Positions 49,132 through 58,544 of a stretch of DNA of 64,000 nucleotides are shown piece by piece (within the stretch, counting starts at the first letter, position 1; each line of letters starts with the position of its first letter). Source of the stretch: Synechococcales cyanobacterium VAR_4_metabat_354 (GTDB taxonomy: Bacteria > Cyanobacteriota > Cyanobacteriia > Cyanobacteriales > Chamaesiphonaceae); NCBI GenBank assembly GCA_031414775.1, contig JANOQI010000056.1, positions 1-64,000 of the forward strand. The letters run 5' to 3'. A model generated the notes under the pieces. The model did not search any database. It was not told the DNA's origin and was given only the letters and a program-made list of their open reading frames with translations. The translations under genes and the position numbers were made by a program.

Positions 49132-52100
49132 ATGTCATTGCCGCCAGTACTTCCGCCCACCAACTTTGCCCATTTACAAGAATATAATGAACAGCTGCTA
49201 CGACTGGGGATGCTGGCAGAAAAGTACTTTGCAGAAGATCCCAATACTTGCCTGCTCAAGCTGCGGCAATTAGCAGAGCTTTTAGCCCAGATGGTGGCTG
49301 CACAGGTGGGGCTGTTTGTAGCAGCCGATGAAGCTCAATATGAACTGCTCCGCCGATTGCAAGATCAGGGAATTTTGCCGCGTGAAATTGCCCAATTGTT
49401 TGGGGGAATTCGTCGATCGGGCAATTCTGCAAATCATACATTTCATAGATGATCATCGCACAGCATTGGATAATCTCAAGATTGTTTGGCAGCTTAGTTT
49501 GTGGTTTCATCGCACCTTCAAAAATCCACAGTTCAAGTCAGGAGCATTTATTCCGCCGGTGGCACCTCCCGATGAAAGTGCCGAATTACGAACGGAACTA
49601 GCTCAATTAAGCCGGGCTTTAAAGGTGTATGAAACAACCCAGCAAGAAACTGTTCAACAGCTAGAAACTGTAGCAGCTAATTTAAAGACTGCCCAAGAAG
49701 AGCAGTTATTTTGGGAGCAAATGGCAATTGAGGCCGATCAAGCCAAGGCTGAATTGGCCAAACGCTTGGCAGAACAACAAGCTACTGCACTGACTCAGCC
49801 AAAAAATTTACTCAAGACTTATATCAAAGCCTCGAACCAAGCTGCTGAATCAGTGCAGCTTGATGAGGCTAGTACCCGTAAATTAATTGATGAACAGTTG
49901 CGGCAGGTAGGCTGGGAAGTTGATTCTGTCGAACTTATTTACAAGAAAGGGGCACGACCAGCCAAAGGCAAAAATCGAGCGATCGCCGAGTGGCCAGTTA
50001 GTAATGGCCGTGCCGACTATGTGCTGTTTGTGGGAATGATGCCGATCGCGACAGTAGAGGCCAAGCGCAAAAATGCCAATGTATCGGGGGCTTTACAGCA
50101 GGCCAAACGCTACAGTCGAGATTTTCGGTTAGAGGCTGAACAGCAGCAGCCGGGAGGGGATTGGGGGGAATATGTGATCCCTTTTGTGTTTTCGGCCAAT
50201 GGTCGCCCTTATTTACGGCAGCTCGAAACCTTTAGTGGGATTTGGTTTAATGATGTGCGGCGAGCTGAGAATTTGGCTCATGCTTTGGATGGTTGGTACA
50301 CCCCAGAGGGTTTGGTGGCTTTGCTAAAACGAGATGTGGCGGCGGCGCAGCAGTCTTTAACAGAGCAGGGTTTTGACTATAATTTGCAGTTGCGGCCTTA
50401 TCAACAAGAGGCAATTTTGGCGATCGAGGCGCGGATTGCGGCGGAGCAGCGGGAACTGTTGGTGGCGATGGCCACGGGCACTGGTAAAACTAAGACTTGT
50501 ATTGCTTTGATTTATCGGTTGTTGAAGGCGCAGCGTTTTAAGCGGGTGTTGTTTTTGGTCGATCGATCGGCTTTGGGTGAGCAGGCCGCCAATGCTTTTA
50601 AAGATACGCGCATGGAGAATTTGCAGACTTTTGCCGATATATTTGGGATCAAGGAATTAGAGGAGCAAAAAGCTGATACTGATACCGCTGTGCATATTGC
50701 CACGATTCAAGGAATGGTGCAACGGATTTTGTATGCCGGGGAGAATGCAGTGCCGCCTGCTATCGATGAATATGATTGCATTATTGTGGATGAATGCCAC
50801 CGGGGTTATTTGCTCGATCGAGAAATGGCTGATACGGAGATGACTTTCCGCAGTTTTGATGACTACATTTCTAAGTATCGGCGGGTTTTAGATTATTTTG
50901 ATGCGGTGAAGATTGGTTTGACTGCTACTCCAGCCTTGCATACTACGCAGGTTTTTGGGCTGCCGGTGTATGTCTATAGTTACCGAGAGGCCGTAATTGA
51001 TGGCTATTTAGTAGATCATGAGCCACCGGTACAAATCAATACCCAGCTTGCTACTGAGGGTATTAAGTGGCGAGTAGGCGAAGAAGTGAAGCTCTACAAT
51101 GTGTAGCAGAGTGAGGTGGATCTTTTTACTACGCCTGATGAGATTCAGTTAGAGGTAGAAGCTTTTAACCGCAAGGTAATTACAGAGCCTTTCAATCGGG
51201 TAGTTTGTGAGTATTTAGCGCAGGAATTAGATCCTAGCTCACGGCAGAAGACGCTGGTTTTTTGTGCTAATGATGCTCATGCTGATTTGGTAGTTACTTT
51301 ATTGAAGCGGGCGTTTGAGGATTTATATGGCACGGTGGATGACGATGCCGTAATTAAGATCACTGGTACTGCCGACAAACCCTTGCAGCTAATTCGGCGC
51401 TACAAAAATGAGCGTCATCCAAATATCGCGGTGACGGTGGACTTGTTGACGACGGGGATTGATGTGCCGGAGATTTGTAATTTGGTATTTTTGCGGCGGA
51501 TTAATAGTCGGATTTTGTACGACCAAATGTTGGGACGGGCGACAAGATTGTGTCCGGCGATCGGCAAGGAGACTTTTCGGGTTTTTGATGCGGTGCAGCT
51601 TTATGATGCCTTAGAAAAGGTGACGGCGATGAAGCCGGTGGTGGTAAATCCGCAAATTTCTTTTGGGCAGTTGGTAGCCGAGATGCAGACGGTGGTGGGT
51701 GATGAGGCTAAGGAGTTAGTGCGCGATCAATTTGTGGCTAAGTTGCAGCGCAAGAAGCGACATTTGAGTGAAGGGTCTTTGCAAGATTTTGAGATGGTGG
51801 TAGGGATGCCACCAGATGATTTTATGCGAGAGCTGCGCCAGATGCCTTTGGCCAAGGTGGCGGCTTGGTTTACGCAGAATCCTGATTTGGGTGAAATTTT
51901 GGATCGACGGCAGACTGGCAATGCACCACTGATTTTTATTTCGGAACATCCTGATGCTTTGCATAGTATTGAGCGGGGCTATGGTAATGCCCAGAAGCCG
52001 GAAGATTATTTACGGGAGTTCAATGAATTTATTCGGAGCAATAGCAATACGCTACCGGCGCTGATCACGGTGTTGACTCGTCCGCAAGATTTGACTCGCA

Positions 52101-52513
52101 AGCAGTTGCGGGAGCTAGCGCTGGAGTTAGATAAACGGGGTTTTACGGAGACTAATTTGGCGACGGCTTGGCGGGAGATGACGAATCAAGATATTGCGGC
52201 GCGGATTGTGGGGTATATTCGGCAGGCGGCGATCGGGGATGCCCTAGAACCTTATGAGCAAAGGGTCGATCGAGCTTTGCAGAAAATCTTGGCTTCGCGG
52301 GTTTGGACTACGCCCCAGCGGCAGTGGTTACAAAAAATTGCGGCACAGACCAAGACTAATTTGGTGGTCGATCGTGATGCTTTGGATGATCCTGATTTGG
52401 TATTTCGGCGCGAGGGCGGCGGTTTTACACGACTGGATAAAATTTTTCAGGGGCAGCTAGAGCAGGTGTTAGCAGATTTTAATGATGGGTTATGGCCATC
52501 AAAGGAGGCTTGA
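49132..52513 (+). pseudogene. hsdR: type I restriction subunit R (EcoKI-like), disrupted by a +1 frameshift near 49447 and an in-frame TAG at 51104-51106
   Basis: Three consecutive ORF pieces carry the N-terminal domain, AD...EAK nuclease motif, MATGTGKT, DECHRG, GLTATP, LLTTGIDVP and QMLGRATR. Confidence 0.9.
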
Positions 52514-52561
52514 GTCTTAATAGCAAGGTAGAATATAGCAGGAGTATTAGGGAGTTTAGCA

Positions 52562-52804
52562 ATGAAGTTAGATCGTATCTCTGTAGATCCCAATCAGATG
52601 AATGGGCAGCCATGTATTCGTGGTATGCGGATCACAGTTCGCCGAGTGATTGAATTATTGGCGACCTATCCTGATCGCTCAGAGCTATTTCAGGAGTTTC
52701 CTGAGTTAGAAAATGAGGATATTCAACAAGCGTTGATTTTTGTAGCATCTTACATGGATGATAAAATTGTCGATCTACCAAAAAGCTATGAAGCTGTTGC
52801 TTGA
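52562..52804 (+). CDS. DUF433 antitoxin
   Basis: ISVDPNQMNGQPCIRGMRITV...FPELENEDI. Confidence 0.93.
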   Translation: MKLDRISVDPNQMNGQPCIRGMRITVRRVIELLATYPDRSELFQEFPELENEDIQQALIFVASYMDDKIVDLPKSYEAVA

Positions 52805-53162
52805 CCAAGGGTTGCCCAGTTCTGCCGCAGCTTTGCTGCGGAGCATGGGTATCGATACAATTCACGTTGGTGAGATTGAAATGTCCGCAGCGGCAGATGT
52901 AGAGATTATCCAAAAAGCAAAGGAAGAAGATCGAATTGTTGTGACTCTTGATGCCGACTTCCATGCATTGTTGGCACTCGCCGAGGCCACATCTCCTTCA
53001 GTGATTCGTATTCGGATTGAGAGATTACGTGCTGCTGCATTGGTTGAATTGCTGCGGCAAGTGACTGATGAATGTGCTGAAGAACTTTTACGAGGTGCGG
53101 CGGTGACAGTCGAACCAGAAAGAATTAGGACTCGTTATCTACCTTTATTGCCCACTGTTTAA
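52788..53162 (+). CDS. DUF5615 PIN-like toxin (VapC45-like)
   Basis: MKLLLDQGLP...IVVTLDADF; overlaps the antitoxin. Confidence 0.92.
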   Translation: MKLLLDQGLPSSAAALLRSMGIDTIHVGEIEMSAAADVEIIQKAKEEDRIVVTLDADFHALLALAEATSPSVIRIRIERLRAAALVELLRQVTDECAEELLRGAAVTVEPERIRTRYLPLLPTV

Positions 53163-53170
53163 CTGCTTCC

Positions 53171-53338
53171 GATGCCCTAGAACCCTATGAACAAAAGGTC
53201 GATCGCGATGCGTTGGATGATCCTGATTTGGTGTTTCGGCGGGAGGGCGGTGGTTTTACGCGCTTGGATCGAATTTTCCAGGGGCAACTGGATCAAGTAT
53301 TAGCAGATTTTAATGATGGATTGTGGCCAGCGGCTTGA
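53171..53338 (+). repeat. diverged duplicate of the hsdR 3' end (52238-52513) with a 102-bp internal deletion
   Basis: Translates DALEPYEQKVDR/DALDDPDLVFRREGGGFTRLDRIFQGQLDQVLADFNDGLWPAA-stop. Confidence 0.95.
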
Positions 53339-53404
53339 TATAATGTATTCAGAGCTTGGAAATCAGTCCAGAAGAAATCGTCAGATCTTCAAAATATTAA
53401 CAAT

Positions 53405-53623
53405 ATGGCAACAGTTATGAAGCGAACTATTAATCAAATAAAAGTTAGTGAAATTTCTGATGTTATCCAAAGTATGGACATTGATCGAGACATGATAATC
53501 AACATCACGATCGAGACTATCGAAGATGATTTTTTGACGGTATTCGATCTAATCGGGAAAGAGGCAAGAGATGAAGGACTCACCGAAGAAGTTTTGGCCG
53601 GACTATTAGCAGATGAGTCGTAG
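53405..53623 (+). CDS. putative antitoxin
   Basis: Small acidic protein ending EARDEGLTEEVLAGLLADES; overlaps the PIN gene. Confidence 0.75.
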   Translation: MATVMKRTINQIKVSEISDVIQSMDIDRDMIINITIETIEDDFLTVFDLIGKEARDEGLTEEVLAGLLADES

Positions 53624-54029
53624 GTTCATTGTAATCGATACCAATATTTTTATTAGTGCAGCGTTAAGCCCACAGGGTACTGCTTACCAGGCATTGGCCT
53701 TGGCTGTCCAAGAATTTACCATTGTGCAGAGTGCGGAAACTTATCAAGAAATAGCACAGCGTATTTATAAGCCGAAATTTGACAAGTATGTCTCTGATGA
53801 AAGAAGAGAGGAATTGCTAAATCTCATTAAGAGCAAAAGTCAGTTTATTGAAACAACATCTAGAATTGTATCTTGTCGAGATTTGGATGACAATAAATTT
53901 TTAGAACTAGCGATCGATGCCCATGCCGAATTCTTGATTACCGGAGATCAAGATCTGTTGACTCTCAAATCTCAGCCTGAATACCAACATCTCATTATTA
54001 GCGCCAGAGACTTTCTAGAACTTCATTGA
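53613..54029 (+). CDS. PIN-family putative toxin (PIN_3)
   Basis: VIDTNIFISA, CRDLDDNKFLELA, LITGDQDLL. Confidence 0.92.
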   Translation: MSRRFIVIDTNIFISAALSPQGTAYQALALAVQEFTIVQSAETYQEIAQRIYKPKFDKYVSDERREELLNLIKSKSQFIETTSRIVSCRDLDDNKFLELAIDAHAEFLITGDQDLLTLKSQPEYQHLIISARDFLELH

Positions 54030-54146
54030 AAAATTGCGGCTGAATCCGGCTTAATTGCGTCAGCAGTGCTGACGCAATTGCAAAAAGTGACCGGTAAGGG
54101 ATAGAGTAAGATGTTTTGACTGCATTCCTCTGCCCCAGTGATTTCT

Positions 54147-55619
54147 ATGAGTGCTACCACCCACGATATTGTTGCCAAGCTGTGGAACCTTTGCAATATT
54201 TTGAAAGATGATGGGGTGACGTACCACCAGTATGTGACGGAGCTGACCTATTTGCTGTTTTTGAAGATGGCTAAGGAGACGGGGACAGAGGATCAGATTC
54301 CTGATGGGTATCGATGGGATGTGTTGGAGCGCAAGGCGGCACCCGATCGATTGGATTTCTATAAAAAACTATTGATCGATCTGGGTAAGCAGAATGCTAC
54401 GGGTTCTACTTTGGTGCAAGAGATTTTTGCTAATGCCAGCTCGTTTATCCGCAAGCCAGCGACGCTTTCGACGCTGGTGACCGAGATCGAAAAGTTAGAT
54501 TGGTACAGCGCTCGGCAAGAGGGTTTGGGCGATTTGTATGAGGGGCTATTAGAAAAAAACGCTAACGAAAAGAAGTCGGGGGCGGGTCAATATTTTACGC
54601 CTCGTCCGCTGATTGATAGCATGGTGGCGGTGATGCGCCCTGGGTTGAATGATGTAGTGCAAGATCCGGCGGCGGGGACTGGGGGCTTTTTGATTGCGGC
54701 GAGTCGCTATATGCAGGAGCATAGTGATCCAGATAGTTGGACGGAGGCGCAACAGCGGCGTTATCATCTTCAGACTTTTTATGGGATGGAGCATGTGCAA
54801 GATACGCACCGGTTGGCGCTGATGAATTTGATGCTCCATGGTTTGACTTCTGATCCTAATGAGGGGGGCATTCACTATGGAGATACGTTGGGTGCTGATG
54901 GGGAGATGTTGGGGCGGGTGGGGGCAACGTTGATGCTGACTAATCCGCCGTTTGGTACTAAGAAGGGCGGTGGTTTGCCGAGTCGTGACGATTTTACGTT
55001 TCCGACGAGTAATAAGCAGTTTTGTTTTTTGCAGCATATTTATCGGGGGCTGAAGCCCGGTGGGCGGGCGGCGGTGGTGTTGCCAGATAATGTGTTGTTT
55101 GAAGGCAATGTGGGGCGACAGATTAGGGCTGATTTGATGGATAAGTGTAATTTGCATACTATTTTGCGGCTGCCGACGGGGATTTTTTATGCCCAGGGGG
55201 TGAAGACAAATGTGTTGTTTTTTACGCGGGGTGAAAAGGAGAAGGGCAATACTAAGGAGGTGTGGGTGTACGATTTACGGGCGAATATGCCCCAGTATGG
55301 CAAGCGGACGCAGTTGACGCGGCAGCATTTTGCGGAGTTTGAGGCGGCGTTTGGTAGTGATCCTTTGGGTGGTAAGGCTGCTTTGAAGAAGCGGGTGGAT
55401 ACGGGGGAAGAGGGGCGGTTTCGGTGTTTTAGCCGGGATTGGATCGGGGAGCGTAATGATAATTTAGATATTGCTTGGTTGCGGGATGATAGTGACGACA
55501 GTGCAGAGGAGCTGCCGGAACCGGCGGCTTTGGCGCAGATGGCGATGGTGGAGTTGGAGGCGGTGATGGCGGAGTTGCAGGGGATTTTGGGGGAGTTGGG
55601 TGAGGAGGTGGAGGTATGA
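54147..55619 (+). CDS. hsdM: type I R-M N6-adenine methyltransferase
   Basis: GAGQYFTPR, DPAAGTGGFL, NPPF, LRLPTGIFY. Confidence 0.96.
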   Translation: MSATTHDIVAKLWNLCNILKDDGVTYHQYVTELTYLLFLKMAKETGTEDQIPDGYRWDVLERKAAPDRLDFYKKLLIDLGKQNATGSTLVQEIFANASSFIRKPATLSTLVTEIEKLDWYSARQEGLGDLYEGLLEKNANEKKSGAGQYFTPRPLIDSMVAVMRPGLNDVVQDPAAGTGGFLIAASRYMQEHSDPDSWTEAQQRRYHLQTFYGMEHVQDTHRLALMNLMLHGLTSDPNEGGIHYGDTLGADGEMLGRVGATLMLTNPPFGTKKGGGLPSRDDFTFPTSNKQFCFLQHIYRGLKPGGRAAVVLPDNVLFEGNVGRQIRADLMDKCNLHTILRLPTGIFYAQGVKTNVLFFTRGEKEKGNTKEVWVYDLRANMPQYGKRTQLTRQHFAEFEAAFGSDPLGGKAALKKRVDTGEEGRFRCFSRDWIGERNDNLDIAWLRDDSDDSAEELPEPAALAQMAMVELEAVMAELQGILGELGEEVEV

Positions 55620-56941
55620 ATGAAATTCCAAATGGTTGGATTGATACAAAAATCGAAGATGTTGCTGAATATGTCCAGCGAGGTAAATCCCCCAAATATA
55701 TAGATAAAAGTGATCTGCCTGTCATTAATCAAAAATGTATTCGATGGTCAGGGGTAGATCCTAGATATCTAAAATTCATTCATCCCGATCAATGGGATTC
55801 ATGGACATCAGAAAGATTCCTTCGAGAAGGGGATATTCTTTGGAATTCCACAGGTACTGGGACTATTGGCAGAGCAGCATTATACAAAAATCTGGATGGA
55901 TATGAACGAGTCGTCGTCGATAGCCATGTAACGATTGTTCGAGCAAATGAGGCTTGCGATTCAAGATTTCTTCACTATTTTATCCGTTCATCATTGGTTC
56001 AGTCGAAAATCGAAGATATGCAATCTGGTTCGACAAACCAAGTTGAATTAAGTCGAGGACAAGTAATAAATACAGTTATCCCGATCGCTCCCCTGAATGA
56101 ACAGAAGAGGATTGCGGATAAGCTCGATCGACTTTTGGCCAAAGTAGATAATTGCCGGGAAAGGATCGATCGAATCCCCCTCATCCTCAAACGATTTCGC
56201 CAATCAGTTCTTGCTACAGCTATATCAGGAGAACTTACAAGAGATTGGAGAGATGAAAAAGAATTGTGCTACGAAGATTGGCAGAGCTTTGTGCTTGGAG
56301 ATATTGTTGATGAAGTTCGAAATGGAATTAGTGTAAAACCCGATGAAAAGCCTTTAGGAGTGAGCATTCTTCGGATTAGCTCAGTTCGACCATTTAATGT
56401 CAATTTTGATGACAGTAGACTTTTGTCTTCAGAAGCTGCTTTGGATATTTATTTATTAGAATTTGATGACTTACTTTTTACTCGCTACAATGGAACGTTG
56501 GAATTTGTAGGAGTTTGTGCAAGAGTTAAAAAACTACCTTCTTATCCTGTAGTCTATCCTGACAAAGTTATTCGGGTGAGAGTTGACAAGTCTCTAGCTA
56601 TTGCAGGATTCATAGAGATAGTAGCAAATTCACCCGTAAGTAGGAAATTTATCGAAGGACTTGCCAAAACTAGCGCTGGGCAAACAGGCATATCTGGGAA
56701 AGATTTAAAAAGTTTGTCAGTTATTTTACCAACTTCCCCAGAACAAAAAGAAATTGTTCGGCGGGTTGAAAAGCTCTTTAATTTCGCCGATCGACTCGAA
56801 GCCCGTTATCAAACAGCCCGTGCCCAAATCGACAAACTCACCCCCGCCCTCCTCGCCAAAGCCTTCCGAGGTGAACTAGTCCCCCAAGACCCCACCGATG
56901 AACCTGCCGCCACCCTACTAGCCAAAATCCAGAGCACCTAA
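55616..56941 (+). CDS. hsdS: type I R-M specificity subunit
   Basis: IPNGW start, two TRDs, PLNEQKRIA and PEQKEIVRRV spacers, LAKAFRGELV. Confidence 0.95.
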   Translation: MNEIPNGWIDTKIEDVAEYVQRGKSPKYIDKSDLPVINQKCIRWSGVDPRYLKFIHPDQWDSWTSERFLREGDILWNSTGTGTIGRAALYKNLDGYERVVVDSHVTIVRANEACDSRFLHYFIRSSLVQSKIEDMQSGSTNQVELSRGQVINTVIPIAPLNEQKRIADKLDRLLAKVDNCRERIDRIPLILKRFRQSVLATAISGELTRDWRDEKELCYEDWQSFVLGDIVDEVRNGISVKPDEKPLGVSILRISSVRPFNVNFDDSRLLSSEAALDIYLLEFDDLLFTRYNGTLEFVGVCARVKKLPSYPVVYPDKVIRVRVDKSLAIAGFIEIVANSPVSRKFIEGLAKTSAGQTGISGKDLKSLSVILPTSPEQKEIVRRVEKLFNFADRLEARYQTARAQIDKLTPALLAKAFRGELVPQDPTDEPAATLLAKIQST

Positions 56942-56967
56942 CCTTAGATGGCATTCGAGCTGAAGAC

Positions 56968-57177
56968 GTGACCGTTACACCACCTAGCGGATTTCGCTTC
57001 GCCTGCCAGTTGTTCAGCCTTTCCCAGCGCGACCTCGATCGCACTGGCCAAAAGATATCAGAATTTGAATTAGAGCCAGATGAAGGTTTTAGCGATCGTC
57101 AGAACATCGAACAAAAAATTGACCAGTTGAAGGTCGAACAAGTACTGAAAGATGCCGTTCAACAGCTTTTTCCCTAG
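56968..57177 (+). pseudogene. probable C-terminal gene remnant of unknown identity
   Basis: Open frame without a convincing start, directly after hsdS. Confidence 0.3.
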
Positions 57178-57206
57178 TTGACAATCTTAGATAAACTAGA
57201 TATAGT
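57178..57206 (+). promoter_or_regulatory. near-consensus sigma70-type promoter
   Basis: TTGACA-17 bp-TATAGT. Confidence 0.75.
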
Positions 57207-57229
57207 TATCATACTATAATAGCTAAATT

Positions 57230-57427
57230 ATGGGTAGAAAAAAGTTAGACAAAGTACAATTTCCCAGCTACCGAGTAAGACCAGAAACTCTGGACTTACT
57301 GAAAGAAACAGCATTAGAACTGGGTTATGGCTATGGAGAAGGCGCAGCCATGGGTCAATTCTTGGATCATGTGGCCTTACTCGATCGCGATTTATTGAAG
57401 CTGGTTTTCAATAAAAGCTCTTTTTGA
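57230..57427 (+). CDS. small putative DNA-binding protein (RHH-like)
   Basis: MGRKK...SYRVRPETLDLLKETA; follows the strong promoter. Confidence 0.6.
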   Translation: MGRKKLDKVQFPSYRVRPETLDLLKETALELGYGYGEGAAMGQFLDHVALLDRDLLKLVFNKSSF

Positions 57428-57482
57428 TTGCCTGGTATCTGTATCTAAGTTAAATAGTCTTATTTCTGCAAGTTAATTAACA

Positions 57483-57719
57483 ATGGCCACCGAATTAGCC
57501 CAAGTTTTACAATCGATCGCCGATCTAAAAGCCGATCTGAAAATGGAGTTTACCACCGAGCTGAAAGAGTCTGAAGCTAGGCTGGAAAACAAAATCGACA
57601 CTTTTAACGAGCGATTCGACAACTACCAAAAAGCGACTCAGTGGGTGGTAGCCTTGTCCTTTAGCCTGATTGCTTCCGCCACGGTGATCACAGTTATATC
57701 GAGCGTATTTCGTCGCTAA
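57483..57719 (+). CDS. small coiled-coil protein with C-terminal TM anchor
   Basis: Heptad-like N-terminus; QWVVALSFSLIASATVITVISSV. Confidence 0.7.
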   Translation: MATELAQVLQSIADLKADLKMEFTTELKESEARLENKIDTFNERFDNYQKATQWVVALSFSLIASATVITVISSVFRR

Positions 57720-57754
57720 GAATCTAATATAGCTGAACATATATAGGGACTAAC

Positions 57755-58042
57755 ATGTCCACTGTCACTGATTCTGGCTTACAACAACTCAAAGACCTGA
57801 TTACTGCTGGCCAATTGGCCACCCAGAAGCAGATCGCCGATTTAAATAAAAAGATGGAGGTAGGATTTGCGAACTTTGATACCAAATTCGCACACTTAGA
57901 AGGCAAAATTAACACCTTGAGTGGTGAACTATCTATTATCCAGTCGAATCAAAAGGGACAAGATACCCGTTTCTGGTCGCTAGTTTTCCTGATTCTGACC
58001 ACATTTATCAGGGCTATCTGCAAGTTGGCCAAATTTTATTGA
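57755..58042 (+). CDS. small coiled-coil protein with C-terminal TM anchor
   Basis: MSTVTDSGLQQLKDLI...QDTRFWSLVFLIL. Confidence 0.7.
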   Translation: MSTVTDSGLQQLKDLITAGQLATQKQIADLNKKMEVGFANFDTKFAHLEGKINTLSGELSIIQSNQKGQDTRFWSLVFLILTTFIRAICKLAKFY

Positions 58043-58140
58043 TTTTGGCCAAAAAAAATTATTGGATAGTAATTTGATTCTGGTATAGTTTAAAACACTA
58101 GAAAGTACGTAATATTGTGGTCTAACGGATGGCACCGGGA

Positions 58141-58172
58141 TGAGCGGCTAGCCTTCTACGGCTAACCGCTCA
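58141..58172. other. GC-rich 13-bp hairpin
   Basis: tgagcggctagcc-ttctac-ggctaaccgctca (one imperfect pair). Confidence 0.7.
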
Positions 58173-58190
58173 AGCACTTAAAGCCAAACA

Positions 58191-58240
58191 AGCTGGTGGA
58201 CAGACTCGAACTCCCGACCGGCTGATTACAAACCAGCCGC
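58191..58240 (-). pseudogene. 3' half of tRNA-Thr(UGU), putative att site
   Basis: Minus strand gctgg-tttgtaa-tcagc-cggtc-gggag-TTCGAGT-ctgtc-caccagct; no D-arm or 5' acceptor strand upstream. Confidence 0.8.
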
Positions 58241-58544
58241 ACAAGACGGCATAGGATGACGCGGAATAAAGGTTACAGGCCGTACCGTTAGTAGGCAGAG
58301 AGTAAGACAGTCATCTTAAAGGGATTCATCAACCCAAAAAGACAGTATTTACATGAATAATACTAGGTAGATTTGTTGGTGGTATTCAAATAACAATATG
58401 ATGGTAATGACTGGAAAATGCAAATAAAAAAAAGTTGCAAAAAAAACGCCTTTTTTGCCCCAAATCGCTAGAATCAAGTTTCCACAACGATTTAACCGTG
58501 GGGAAAGACTTTTACACGGAAAAAAAAGGGGCAAAGTTTCACCC

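Noticed and set aside
51104..51106. Programmed amber readthrough or recoding in hsdR
   Set aside because: Other genes here end in TAG, and a separate frameshift also breaks the gene; pseudogenisation or error is simpler.
54549..55732. Long antisense ORFs over hsdM
   Set aside because: Low-complexity shadows caused by the G/T-skewed codon usage.
58191..58265. Intact tRNA-Thr gene
   Set aside because: No D-arm or 5' acceptor strand; T-stem mismatched.
58349..58534. 61-aa ORF downstream of the integrase
   Set aside because: Derived from A/T homopolymer tracts in the att region; no RBS or protein-like composition.
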